Below, piece by piece: positions 28,522 through 37,842 of a DNA stretch of 64,000 nucleotides (positions within the stretch are counted from its first letter, which is position 1; the number at the start of each line of letters is the position of its first letter). Under the pieces are notes generated by a model, which saw only the letters and a list, made by a program, of their open reading frames with translations, ran no database searches and was not told the origin of the DNA. The stretch is from positions 224,001-288,000 of the forward strand of contig CAXXWS020000004.1 in NCBI GenBank assembly GCA_963665325.3, read 5' to 3'. Source of the DNA: Alphaproteobacteria bacterium. Lineage in GTDB: Bacteria > Pseudomonadota > Alphaproteobacteria > Bin95. A program made the translations under genes and the position numbers.

Positions 28522-30591
28522 CCCAAGTTTAACGTTTTGGTGGCCGATTTTGTCGAGGTTGGCCGGCGCGGTGTCATCAAGCCATTGATATTGCTGGATT
28601 GAGGTTTCCGGGGGCGCAATGTAGTGCCATAATATTTTCACTTGGGGATTTCGAGACCTTGCGCCCGCTCCTATGCTGTGCGCCATGTTCATTCGCCGCA
28701 CCAGGACCGGAACCGGCGAGCGCGGCGAGGTCTATTATTCCCATCGCCTTGTTCGCTCGGAGCGCGACGGCGGGAAGATCCGCCAGCGCACCCTGCTCAA
28801 CCTGGGGAGCGACTTCCCTGTCGAGCGGCGGCACTGGGCGGTGCTGTGCAGCCGGATCCAGCAGCAGCTCGACCGCCAGGCCGAGCTGGTTTCGCTGTCC
28901 TGTCCGGAGGAGGTCGAGCGGCACGCCCAGCGCATCGCCGCGCAATTGCTCAACAGCGCGCCGTCCGGCGGGACCGGGCGCCCTGACCTGCAGACGGTGG
29001 ATGTCGGCTCCCTGGAGCTGATCCGCCCGCGTTCGGTCGGCGTCGAGCATGTCGGGCTGTGGGCCATGGAGCGGCTCGGCCTGGAGGCTTTGCTGGAGCG
29101 CCTGGGCTTCAACGGCACGCAGCGCGCGCTCGCCATGGCCACCGTGATCGCGCGCATGGCGGCGCCGGGCTCGGAGCGCGCCTCCTGGCGCTGGCTGTGC
29201 GAGCGTTCGGCGCTCGGCGAGTTGCTGGGGGTGGACTTCGAGCGCATGAGCATGATGCGCCTGTACCGCGCCTCCGACGCCCTGATGGCGCAGCGCGCGG
29301 CGATCGAGGCGCATCTGTTCGATCGGGCGACGGATCTGTTCGGCCTGCGCCACACGGTGACGCTGTACGACCTGACCAACACCTTCTTCGAGGGCGCGGC
29401 GGCGGCCCAGGCCAAGGCCGAACGCGGCCATTCCAAGGAGAAGCGCTCGGATTGCCCGCTCTTGACCCTGGGGCTGGTGCTCGACGGCTCGGGCTTCGTG
29501 CGCCGCTCCGAGGTGTTCTCGGGCGCGGTCAACGAAGACAGGACCCTGGCGTCGATGCTCGGCGCCCTGGGCGCGCCGGCGGACGCGCTGGTGGTGATGG
29601 ATGCGGGGATCGCCACCGAGGCCAACATCGCCTGGCTGCGCGCGAACGGCTACCGCTATCTCGCGGTCAGCCGGGAACGCACCCGCCGCTTCGATCCCGA
29701 GCTGGCGCTGGCCATCGAGACCCGGTCGCGCCAGACGGTCCATGTCCACAAGGCGGTCGACGCCGAAGCTGGAGAGGCGCGGCTCTACTGCTACTCCGAG
29801 GCGCGGGCGAAGAAGGAACAGGGCATCGCAAACCGCTTCGCCGCGCGCTTCGAGGGCGAGATGCAGAAGCTCCACGACGGCCTCAAGCGGCCGCGCACCC
29901 GCAAGCGGCTCGACCATGTCTGGCAGCGGATCGGCCGGATCAGGGAGAAGAGCCGCGGCGCCGCGGCCCACTACGACATCGACGTCATCGCCGACGAAAG
30001 CGGCGAGAAGGCCCGGGCCGTCACATGGGAGCGCCGCCCGCTCGCCGGCACCATGGCCACCCATCCCGGCGTTTACTGCCTGCGCACCAACGTCGAGGAC
30101 TGGGACGAGGAGGCGCTGTGGCGGACCTATACCTCGCTCACCGATGTGGAGGCGGTGTTCCGATCGCTCAAGTCGGAACTCGGCCTGCGCCCCATCTTCC
30201 ACCAGACCCAGAGGCGCTCCGACGGCCACCTGTTCATCACCGTGATCGCCTACCAGATGGTGCAGACCATCCGCCGGCGCCTCGCCGAGCACGGCGAACA
30301 CGCCAGCTGGGCCAGCCTGCGAGCCATCCTCGAAGGCCAGCAGCGGGTCACCGCGACCTTCAGGCGCAAGGACGGACGCACCTTGCATGTCCGCAAGGCC
30401 ACACGGGCCGAGCCCGAACAGCAAGAAATCTATCGCGCGCTCGGCATCGACCCCGCCCCTGGAGGCATCAGGAAAATGATCGTCTGATCCCGAACCGGGC
30501 GAAATAACCGAAATGTAGTGCCAGACGCGAAATTATTGCTCCGTAAGGCATTGATAATCAATGATCTTCAAAATGCTCTGTTAAACTTGGG
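28522..30591 (+). mobile_element. IS1634-family insertion sequence
   Basis: 12-bp TIR CCCAAGTTTAAC / GTTAAACTTGGG, flanked by CTAG on both sides (28518-28521, 30592-30595). Confidence 0.88.
28685..30487 (+). CDS. IS1634-family DDE transposase
   Basis: RQRTLLNLG, LYDLTNTFFEG, GHSKEKRSD, VMDAG and VEAVFRSLKSELGLRPIFH motifs. Confidence 0.92.
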   Translation: MFIRRTRTGTGERGEVYYSHRLVRSERDGGKIRQRTLLNLGSDFPVERRHWAVLCSRIQQQLDRQAELVSLSCPEEVERHAQRIAAQLLNSAPSGGTGRPDLQTVDVGSLELIRPRSVGVEHVGLWAMERLGLEALLERLGFNGTQRALAMATVIARMAAPGSERASWRWLCERSALGELLGVDFERMSMMRLYRASDALMAQRAAIEAHLFDRATDLFGLRHTVTLYDLTNTFFEGAAAAQAKAERGHSKEKRSDCPLLTLGLVLDGSGFVRRSEVFSGAVNEDRTLASMLGALGAPADALVVMDAGIATEANIAWLRANGYRYLAVSRERTRRFDPELALAIETRSRQTVHVHKAVDAEAGEARLYCYSEARAKKEQGIANRFAARFEGEMQKLHDGLKRPRTRKRLDHVWQRIGRIREKSRGAAAHYDIDVIADESGEKARAVTWERRPLAGTMATHPGVYCLRTNVEDWDEEALWRTYTSLTDVEAVFRSLKSELGLRPIFHQTQRRSDGHLFITVIAYQMVQTIRRRLAEHGEHASWASLRAILEGQQRVTATFRRKDGRTLHVRKATRAEPEQQEIYRALGIDPAPGGIRKMIV

Positions 30592-31123
30592 CTAGGCATG
30601 TGGCCGCTCGGTTCGACACTGCAAGTAGCGAAAAGCTCGGTGCAGCCGGCCGCGTCTTCGAAGTACTGCAGTCGATGATGTTCCGGGCCGCCGGCTCGCA
30701 ATATAGTCCCCCGTGCCGTCAGGCGGATTCGGTCGGCCGGGCGAACGGTGGCGCTTTCCCAGCGGGAGAGCGCGGTGTCGACCTGCGGGCCAAGGGGGCC
30801 GTCGACGCGACCAGAGCAAGACATAGCGGCGTGGCGGACGAACGACAGGGTGCTCTGCTTGTCGAGGCGGACACCGAGGACGTGGGCTCCGCCTGACAGA
30901 TCCCTTGGAAACGCCCGTGTTTCGGAACTACCAGAAAAGCCCGGTGGCGGAAGAACGCAGACACCGCCGTGTCGGCCGCCGCATGCTCCTTCACCCCCTC
31001 AACACCTTGCCGTGACGACTGTCGGCCGACAGGACGCCCCCACCGCCCTCCGCCGCCGGCTTGGCTGGCCAGAGATGGGTACGCATACCAATCTTCAGCG
31101 CGTGCCGAGTGAAGGAAGGCGAG

Positions 31124-31384
31124 ATGTCTCGACCCAACGCAGTTCTAACTATGGCGAGAGCCGCAGCCGAACGAAATGCCATTGATTTGCTCGCATATTC
31201 TAACACCATATTTCCTGATGGGGATAAAGATCTAGTTTCCGTCAAACTTATCGAAATCGGCGTGGCATTTACAGTCAATGCCCGTCGGTGCTTTGAAGTC
31301 GACGGCCAGCCTGTGGAAATAACGGCGAAGCGTTGGAATTACACTATGAATGAGATGCAAAATACGGCTACGTTATCGAGATGA
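31124..31384 (+). CDS. Small hypothetical protein (low GC, possibly truncated)
   Basis: ATG with GAAGGAAGG RBS, AT-rich codons, ends 5 bp before the Slam stop codon. Confidence 0.4.
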   Translation: MSRPNAVLTMARAAAERNAIDLLAYSNTIFPDGDKDLVSVKLIEIGVAFTVNARRCFEVDGQPVEITAKRWNYTMNEMQNTATLSR

Positions 31385-31389
31385 AATCG

Positions 31390-32787
31390 TCAGAACATCC
31401 GGGAAATTCCGAAGACGGCGCCGTGATTGCTGTAGGCATTGATCGGGATATTGGAGCGGTTTCGTTCGTAGAAATAGCCGACATAAGGAGCGAAACCCTG
31501 AAATTGTAGCGTACGGTAAAGCAGGTTTACCGACACACGCATCTGCCGGTCGAAGCGCGTTTTCCGAAACAGCGCGTCCTTGTCTCCATAGCGCCGCCAA
31601 CGGGTGGAAATCCGGGGCGAAATGGAAAAACCCCCATGGAAGGCATGAGAGAATGCAAGCGCCAGTCCGCCCATGCGGTTTCCGAAGCGGTCCTCCTTGG
31701 CTCCGACATGCTCCAGGTCGAGTTCGACACGCAACGTCGTTCCAGAGTTCAGCGCATAGTTGAGGCCGGGACGCAGGTTGACGACCCATCCGTCCAGGCC
31801 GGACTGTTCCGGGTGAGCGCGACGTTCGGCACCGAGCGCGGCATCGAACCTCAGGACCGGCGAGAGCCTCAGGCGGCCGCGCGTCCAAGGGCCGACGCCG
31901 GTGCTGTGATGGTCCCCGCCAAGCCAACGCTGGGCGATGCGAAGGCCGCCCGAGGTACTGCCCCGGTCGAACAGCCGGGCGGTTCCGACATCGCCCTGTA
32001 CGGAGATATCGTTCCAGTCCGACTGTTCATAAAGCTTTAATGCCGCCGAGGCGGCCAGCACACCGCGCCAGGGGCCGGAAATCACCGGCGAGTATTGCAC
32101 GCCCGTGCTGACAAGCATGCCCGTGCCCGAGGCCTCGCGCGCGTCCTCGCTCAGCCGGAACGGCGCGCCGCCGATGCGTACCTCTTCCCGGTCCGTGCGC
32201 TTGACCGGATTGCTCTCCGGCAGCGCGGCCAGCGATAGCGAGACCGACCATCGCTTGCGCGCATCGATCCGATCAAGCCAAGCCTCGACGGCGTCCTCGA
32301 CCGAGGACGGCAGTTCATCGGCGAGCGAGGCTTCGAAATGGAACCGGGCTTTCTCATTGCGCCCGAGCATGCCAAAGACGCGGGCCAGTTCCAGCCTGAC
32401 CCGCGTCAGGCCGGGCCGAATGGCCAGGATCGCCTCGAACCGTTCCACCGCCTCTGACAACATGCCGACCCGCGACTCCGCAATGCCGAGCAGGAACAGC
32501 CGCTCGATCCGCTCCTCCTCGTCGCGGGACGTCCAACGTTCCAGAATATCCCGGGCCTCGCGCCACCGCTCTGCGCTCATCAGCGCCCGCACAACCTGCA
32601 GGACCGGAACATGGAACGGCTTCGGCCTCGACCCGGCCTCCTTTCCAGCGGCAACCGGGACGGCCGTGTCGGGAACGGCAGGACCTCCGATGACCGTCAG
32701 AACAAGCGCCAGAACCGCGACACCAAGCATACGCAAGAGATCAAGCCTCGGGTCAGCAGGGCTACTGCCCTGCTGACCCGTCGTCAT
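31390..32787 (-). CDS. Surface lipoprotein assembly modifier (Slam / DUF560, type XI secretion translocon)
   Basis: Signal-like N-terminus, TPR (RVRLELAR..ARFHFE), amphipathic beta strands, SNIPINAY motif, terminal Phe; next to TbpB-barrel lipoproteins. Confidence 0.82.
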   Translation of the reverse strand: MTTGQQGSSPADPRLDLLRMLGVAVLALVLTVIGGPAVPDTAVPVAAGKEAGSRPKPFHVPVLQVVRALMSAERWREARDILERWTSRDEEERIERLFLLGIAESRVGMLSEAVERFEAILAIRPGLTRVRLELARVFGMLGRNEKARFHFEASLADELPSSVEDAVEAWLDRIDARKRWSVSLSLAALPESNPVKRTDREEVRIGGAPFRLSEDAREASGTGMLVSTGVQYSPVISGPWRGVLAASAALKLYEQSDWNDISVQGDVGTARLFDRGSTSGGLRIAQRWLGGDHHSTGVGPWTRGRLRLSPVLRFDAALGAERRAHPEQSGLDGWVVNLRPGLNYALNSGTTLRVELDLEHVGAKEDRFGNRMGGLALAFSHAFHGGFSISPRISTRWRRYGDKDALFRKTRFDRQMRVSVNLLYRTLQFQGFAPYVGYFYERNRSNIPINAYSNHGAVFGISRMF

Positions 32788-32799
32788 GCAAGAGGGCAA

Positions 32800-34644
32800 C
32801 TATTGCTTGTCGGCACCGAAATATCCCATGAGCAGGCGATCATTTGGCGTGTCGGATACGCTCAACACGCCACCGACCTCATCTGCGTCCGGACCGAAAA
32901 ACGCTCCCTCAACCGACCCGTTCCGGAAACCGGACAAAGCACCGGTTCCCGCGAGGTCGCTGGCCGCCAGCCGATTGCCGGAGATCGTGGCATTGAATGT
33001 AGCTCCGCCCGTTACCGGCGCATACGTGGATGTACCGACCGGGCCAGGTCGGCTCATCAGCTCGCTGACCCTGCCCGAAATGCCTGCTTCGGCGAAATCG
33101 GCCGTTAACGTCATTTCGCCTCTGAACCAGTCCGAGTCGCCCTTAAGCGTCGTATCGTCGCTACGCCACGAGTAGGCGAACATTCGTCCGTCGTAGCTTG
33201 CGGTCCCTGTGGTTGGCATCGACCCTTCCGGTGTCCGGTCTCCATGCACAGCAAGAAAGACTTTGCTCGAAACGTAGTCTTCCAATTCGATAGTGGAGAC
33301 GTCCGCTTCGGCTACGAGGTTTGCATGTACCCAATGTTTTACGTCGAAGTAATCGAATTCCGGACGCCCCCCGAACCCCCTTGCGCCGGACCAGATACTT
33401 GCAGCTTCATCGGTTGCTGGCTCGCTAGTGTATGCGTTCGTCACCTGTGGGTGTGCGTTGAAGTCAGCATTCGTGAACACGATTGTCTGTCCATCCACGG
33501 TCGCGGTCCAACCGGCGGCCGTCCTTTCGATCCGAGCCATGCCGTCATCGGCGATCGCCACTGTCCTTCCTTCTGTAACGAGACGATTCACGCCTGTCAC
33601 GACCGCCTCCGCGCCGACAGCCTTGTTGCCTCCGAATCTCCCGACCAGCTCCTGATCCAAACCGCCTCCGACACGCTTGGCGTTGAGCACGCCCGCCACT
33701 TCCGCCGCATCGGGACCGTAGAACTGTCCCAGCATGTCTCCTTCGAAACCTCGGGCTGTGTTCGCGACGGAAACGGCCCCGTCGGGATCGACTCCTGTCA
33801 ACTCCGCAGTGAACTGCCCCTTGTCGGTCAGGCGGCCGCCGTCGATGTCGATCCTCGATGTCACCGAGATTCCGCTGTAGCTGGACTCTCCGGGTCTTTG
33901 CACCCGAAGATTAAAAATGCGCCCGCCAAGGGACCCGTCTGCAAAATTGGCCGTTAGCGTCAAATAACCGAAGGCGTGCGTTCGTGATCGAGAGTAAGAA
34001 AGACTGCCGACAGTGTTGTCGAACAACTCTCCATACATCTCGGCGTTGTAGGTCGCAGAGCCGCCCGGAAAATCGTTCGGTCCGGTTCCTATTCCGTGAG
34101 TGATGTAAGCCCTGACGCCACCCGGCAACCAGTTGGAAAAACGGTATTGCGTATAGTGGTCGCCGGTCCAGCTCTTGTTGTCCGGATAAGATCGAAGCCA
34201 AAATTGACTCCCATCCGACGTCCGCTTGTAGTACGAATTCGGGCTATTCGTATCTGTCCCGTGGTCGGTGCCGCTGAAGTCGATACGGTGCTCTTGGCCT
34301 TCTATAACGTAGGTTACCTGGAAACCATCGCCGCCGTACCCTCCACTCTCCTCGCGGGAAAGCGACGCGACGTAGCTGTCGTCCATGATCGAGGCACGAT
34401 TCGTACTATTGTCTCGGCGCAGCGCCGACGACAGCGTCGTAACTCCGGTAACCGGGTCGGCGGCGCCGATATGCAGGCCAGCCGCAGCGGCGAGAGGTGT
34501 AACGGCGGGTGGTTTGACGGTTTGGTTGCCATCCATGGAGGTTCGCGGGCCGGAACCCGAGCCGCCTCCGCCACAGCCGACAAGGGCAAGCACGGCAATT
34601 GCCGGCAGAGCCGTCGAGGCCCTCATGAGCGAAGCGATCTTCAT
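32800..34644 (-). CDS. Bilobed TbpB-like (transferrin-binding-like) surface lipoprotein
   Basis: LVGC lipobox plus GGGGSGSG; two lobes each with P.G.ATY.. LTA(N/D)FA.. G.F(Y/F)GPDA.EV.GV.. FG. Confidence 0.8.
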   Translation of the reverse strand: MKIASLMRASTALPAIAVLALVGCGGGGSGSGPRTSMDGNQTVKPPAVTPLAAAAGLHIGAADPVTGVTTLSSALRRDNSTNRASIMDDSYVASLSREESGGYGGDGFQVTYVIEGQEHRIDFSGTDHGTDTNSPNSYYKRTSDGSQFWLRSYPDNKSWTGDHYTQYRFSNWLPGGVRAYITHGIGTGPNDFPGGSATYNAEMYGELFDNTVGSLSYSRSRTHAFGYLTLTANFADGSLGGRIFNLRVQRPGESSYSGISVTSRIDIDGGRLTDKGQFTAELTGVDPDGAVSVANTARGFEGDMLGQFYGPDAAEVAGVLNAKRVGGGLDQELVGRFGGNKAVGAEAVVTGVNRLVTEGRTVAIADDGMARIERTAAGWTATVDGQTIVFTNADFNAHPQVTNAYTSEPATDEAASIWSGARGFGGRPEFDYFDVKHWVHANLVAEADVSTIELEDYVSSKVFLAVHGDRTPEGSMPTTGTASYDGRMFAYSWRSDDTTLKGDSDWFRGEMTLTADFAEAGISGRVSELMSRPGPVGTSTYAPVTGGATFNATISGNRLAASDLAGTGALSGFRNGSVEGAFFGPDADEVGGVLSVSDTPNDRLLMGYFGADKQ

Positions 34645-34767
34645 TGAGCTGTCTCCTGTTTGCGATCGGTGAACCAACGAATGACGCACGGTGCGGGTCT
34701 AGCCGGACACTGCTGAGCGCGTGCAGCGGTCGGGGCCGCAGCGACGTCGACAGGATCGGGCGGACGC

Positions 34768-36306
34768 TCACCGTTTTCCCCCGAATCCTGCGAGCAGTCC
34801 GGCGTCGGGGTCGTTCACGATGCCGGCCATTTCTTCGTGCGCAGGACCGAAGAAGCGGGCGCTAACGCGCTTCTGTTCGTCGGAGAAGGTGTTGCCGACA
34901 ATGGTTCCCTCATATTCCAGGCTGGGCGAACGGAAGGCGCCGGTCGCGCCCCCGCCCCGGCTCACGGTGAGGTTGTCGAACCGTGCCGAGCCAACGAGGG
35001 TCGCGAGTACCACCTGAAGCCTCGCGTTGCCGAATACGGGAGGGAGAGCTGCATCGCCGATATCGACTCCGAGTAGGGACCCGGTCCAGACGGCAGAGCC
35101 GGAAAGCGCCCGGTTGTCGGCCAAGCCGGTCGCGGGCTCGACCCCGAACGCGTGCGCGCCGGCTCCGAGGCGGTCGGCGCCCGGATCGAGAACCCGCTCG
35201 ACGCCAGCGCCCCATGCGGTATAGCGGGCCCAGGCACCATATCCATAGAGTTCCGGCTGCGAGGCTGTCGCTTCGTCAAGGAGGTCGTATCCGATGTCGT
35301 CGAGGATCGCGAAATCGAGCGCTGACGGGTCGGTTACCCTGTTCCTGCTGCAATAGGCCATGACGGAGGTGCACACTGCGGGATGACCGTAATCGACCAT
35401 CGCACCGGAGGTTCCCGGGGCGACCTCCCGACCGTCGGCGTTGACCCATTGATAAGGCACAGACCTGCCGCCATTGGCGCTCACGGCCTTGGGGCCCGTG
35501 AAGGCGTGGTTCTGACGGTCGACGTAGCGGACGATTGCAGGGTGATTGCTGCTGCCGATGCCGAGCACATGGCCGATCTCATGCATCATGACGCGGCGGG
35601 AATCGTGATGCTTCCGGTTAAGGAGAATCTTTCCGGCCCGGGGCTCGACGCCGTCGGTGTCGAAATCGAGGCGCGACGGCCCTGCCGAAGAAAAATTGTC
35701 GGTGCTTGGCCCCTTGTCGAAGACGAATATAACGATGCCGTCCGTAGTGACGACCCGGTGGAGCGTTCTCTCGATATCGCCGATACTGATCTCGGTGCCG
35801 GCGGGAACGGTATGGATTCCCAGATCGTCCGTCAGACGCCGTGACCATGCCTTGCCGGCGCGTTCCATCAGAGCGCGGGATTGTGCATCGACATTGGGAG
35901 CGAAGCGCCAGTCAAACTCGATGTTGATCGTGCCGGCAGGACCGCCCTTCCACTGCCCGTAAACGATGCCATCACGTTCGCCGAGGACCTCTATGCCCTC
36001 GGATTCGACCCTGTCCAGCAGGGTGCGCGTGCCGATGGTCCTGTTCCCGGTAGTGCGGTGGAGCGCGTTGATCGCAGCGGCCTGGCTGGCAGGGTCTGTC
36101 ACCGGCGAAAGACCGAGAGCGGCGCGGAGCCCTCTGGGGTCGTTCCAGCGGTCGCGCGGATCCTCGGCAGTGGGGTTGGCGCGGGCGTAGGTACCGGGTG
36201 AGGCTGGTCCGCCAGTGCTCCCACTACCAGCGCCGGTCCCGCCGCCGCAGGCGGCCAGGCTCAGAACAGTGACCCCGACGGCCGCCAGCTTCATCATTTC
36301 TTGCAT
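34768..36306 (-). CDS. Surface lipoprotein with metzincin/leishmanolysin-like protease domain and TbpB-like C-terminal barrel
   Basis: LAAC lipobox; HEIGHVLGIG..FTGPKAV..GH..SVMAY; C-terminus FFGPAHEEMAG..AGFGGKR. Confidence 0.75.
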   Translation of the reverse strand: MQEMMKLAAVGVTVLSLAACGGGTGAGSGSTGGPASPGTYARANPTAEDPRDRWNDPRGLRAALGLSPVTDPASQAAAINALHRTTGNRTIGTRTLLDRVESEGIEVLGERDGIVYGQWKGGPAGTINIEFDWRFAPNVDAQSRALMERAGKAWSRRLTDDLGIHTVPAGTEISIGDIERTLHRVVTTDGIVIFVFDKGPSTDNFSSAGPSRLDFDTDGVEPRAGKILLNRKHHDSRRVMMHEIGHVLGIGSSNHPAIVRYVDRQNHAFTGPKAVSANGGRSVPYQWVNADGREVAPGTSGAMVDYGHPAVCTSVMAYCSRNRVTDPSALDFAILDDIGYDLLDEATASQPELYGYGAWARYTAWGAGVERVLDPGADRLGAGAHAFGVEPATGLADNRALSGSAVWTGSLLGVDIGDAALPPVFGNARLQVVLATLVGSARFDNLTVSRGGGATGAFRSPSLEYEGTIVGNTFSDEQKRVSARFFGPAHEEMAGIVNDPDAGLLAGFGGKR

Positions 36307-36545
36307 CTGGAGTTTTCCGCTCTTTGGCAGTCCCGCCCACCCCAAAACGGCTGACGAGAAATCCGACTAATGCCAACGCGGCGATAACTCGGGAAGAAAA
36401 CAAGTCATTAGAGCCCCCTCTCAAGCCAATGCGGAACGGTCCCGGGTGGCCGGGCCGTTGCACCTATCCAAAGCCATGGAGAGTCCCGCCTGTTCGCCGG
36501 GCGTCGAGGAGCTACCCCATCGCCGGGATGTCGGCTGTTCTATTC

Positions 36546-36568
36546 AGCGGGCGACCCGACAGAGCGGG
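36546..36568 (-). repeat. 23-bp inverted repeat, right copy
   Basis: AGCGGGCGACCCGACAGAGCGGG. Confidence 0.92.
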
Positions 36569-36591
36569 TGCTTTGGATTAGGTGCAAGGCC

Positions 36592-36620
36592 AGTTTGGAA
36601 GAATCACCGCCGACGCGCAA
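36592..36620 (-). promoter_or_regulatory. Putative sigma70 promoter outside the right inverted repeat
   Basis: Minus strand TTGCGC-N17-CAAACT, 23 nt before the repeat. Confidence 0.35.
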
Positions 36621-36687
36621 GCCGTATGCTCGGCAGTCCTGAACTCGGCTGCCTTGTTCGTCATCAATGTCGACACGGTCTGCGCGC

Positions 36688-37839
36688 TTACGTTTTGCCT
36701 GCCATAGCTCGGGACATTGCCTGTCCGACGCGCTCTGCTGCCGCCTCGATGTCGCGGTCGGCGAGATGGGCGTAGCGCAGTGTCATCTGAACATTGGAGT
36801 GCCCGAGCAGCCGCGAGACCACCGGCACCGGCACGCCGTTCATGACGGCATGGCTGGCCATGGTATGACGCAGGTCATGAAGACGCACGTCCTCGATGCC
36901 GGCTTCGTGGCGGACCCGGTCCCACAGCCCGAGGGTCGAACAGCGCGGGCGCGCCGGATCGCGCGGCGAAGGGAACACGAACGGGCTACCCGTGTGCGGC
37001 TGCCGGTCGAGAATGGCACGGGCCCGGCTGCTGAGCGGCACCGTCCTCGGCCCCGTCTTGGCATCGGCGAGCGCCAGCATTCCGTCACGGACTTCCGACT
37101 GGCGCAGATTGACGATCTCGCCCTTGCGGCATCCGGTGAGCAGCAGCAACCGGATGATGTCGGCCTGCGGACGCCTGTCCTTGCGGGTCTGCGCATCCAG
37201 CGCGGCATGCAGGCGTCCGAGCTCCTCCGTGGACAGGAACCGCGTGAGCTTCGCCCGCCGGTTGAATGCGATGCCCTGTGCGGGATTGCGTTCGATATGG
37301 CCGCAGGCGACGGCGAAGTTCAGGATCTGCCGGAGGCGGCCGAGAACATGATTGGCGTTGCCGGGCGCGGTGCGGCTGAAGCGGTCGAACCAGCGCCCGA
37401 TCCGGGCCTCGCTTATGCGGTCCAGCGGCTTCGACCCGAAAACGGGAAGAAGCTGGCTCGCCAGCGCATACCGGGCGGTCTTCTTCGTCGAAGGCTTGTA
37501 GCGGTCGTAGTGCGCCGCCATCCACGGCCCCGCGACGAACTCCCGGAACAGCGGGACCGGACAACCCGTTCCGATCCTTGTTTCGGGCGCCGGATTCGCA
37601 CGACGGGCGTGGCATTCCTTGCGGACCTCCTCAAGGCTCTTCACGCCGACCGGGCCGAGCGAGATGCGTTTCGTGTGCCCGCCAGCGTCCAGAAGCAACA
37701 CATAGCTGCGCCCGCCGGTGGGCCGCACCCGGACGCCGAGGCCGGCAATGCGGCTGTCCCAGACCGTGTATTCCCGCTCGCGGGGCCGGAGCCGGGCAAT
37801 GGCGGCGTCGGTGAGTTTCATCCTCTCCCTGACCGACAT
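36688..37839 (-). CDS. Tyrosine recombinase/integrase with N-terminal arm-binding domain (copy 2)
   Basis: WDSRIAGLGVRV, TGCRKGEI, DAKTG, HDLRHT, LLGH and RYAHL motifs. Confidence 0.93.
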   Translation of the reverse strand: MSVRERMKLTDAAIARLRPREREYTVWDSRIAGLGVRVRPTGGRSYVLLLDAGGHTKRISLGPVGVKSLEEVRKECHARRANPAPETRIGTGCPVPLFREFVAGPWMAAHYDRYKPSTKKTARYALASQLLPVFGSKPLDRISEARIGRWFDRFSRTAPGNANHVLGRLRQILNFAVACGHIERNPAQGIAFNRRAKLTRFLSTEELGRLHAALDAQTRKDRRPQADIIRLLLLTGCRKGEIVNLRQSEVRDGMLALADAKTGPRTVPLSSRARAILDRQPHTGSPFVFPSPRDPARPRCSTLGLWDRVRHEAGIEDVRLHDLRHTMASHAVMNGVPVPVVSRLLGHSNVQMTLRYAHLADRDIEAAAERVGQAMSRAMAGKT

Positions 37840-37842
37840 GGC

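Noticed and set aside
30596-30690. Possible decayed LysR-type HTH (LQYFEDAA..) interrupted by IS1634
   Set aside because: Similarity is only a few residues and needs frameshifts; not supportable
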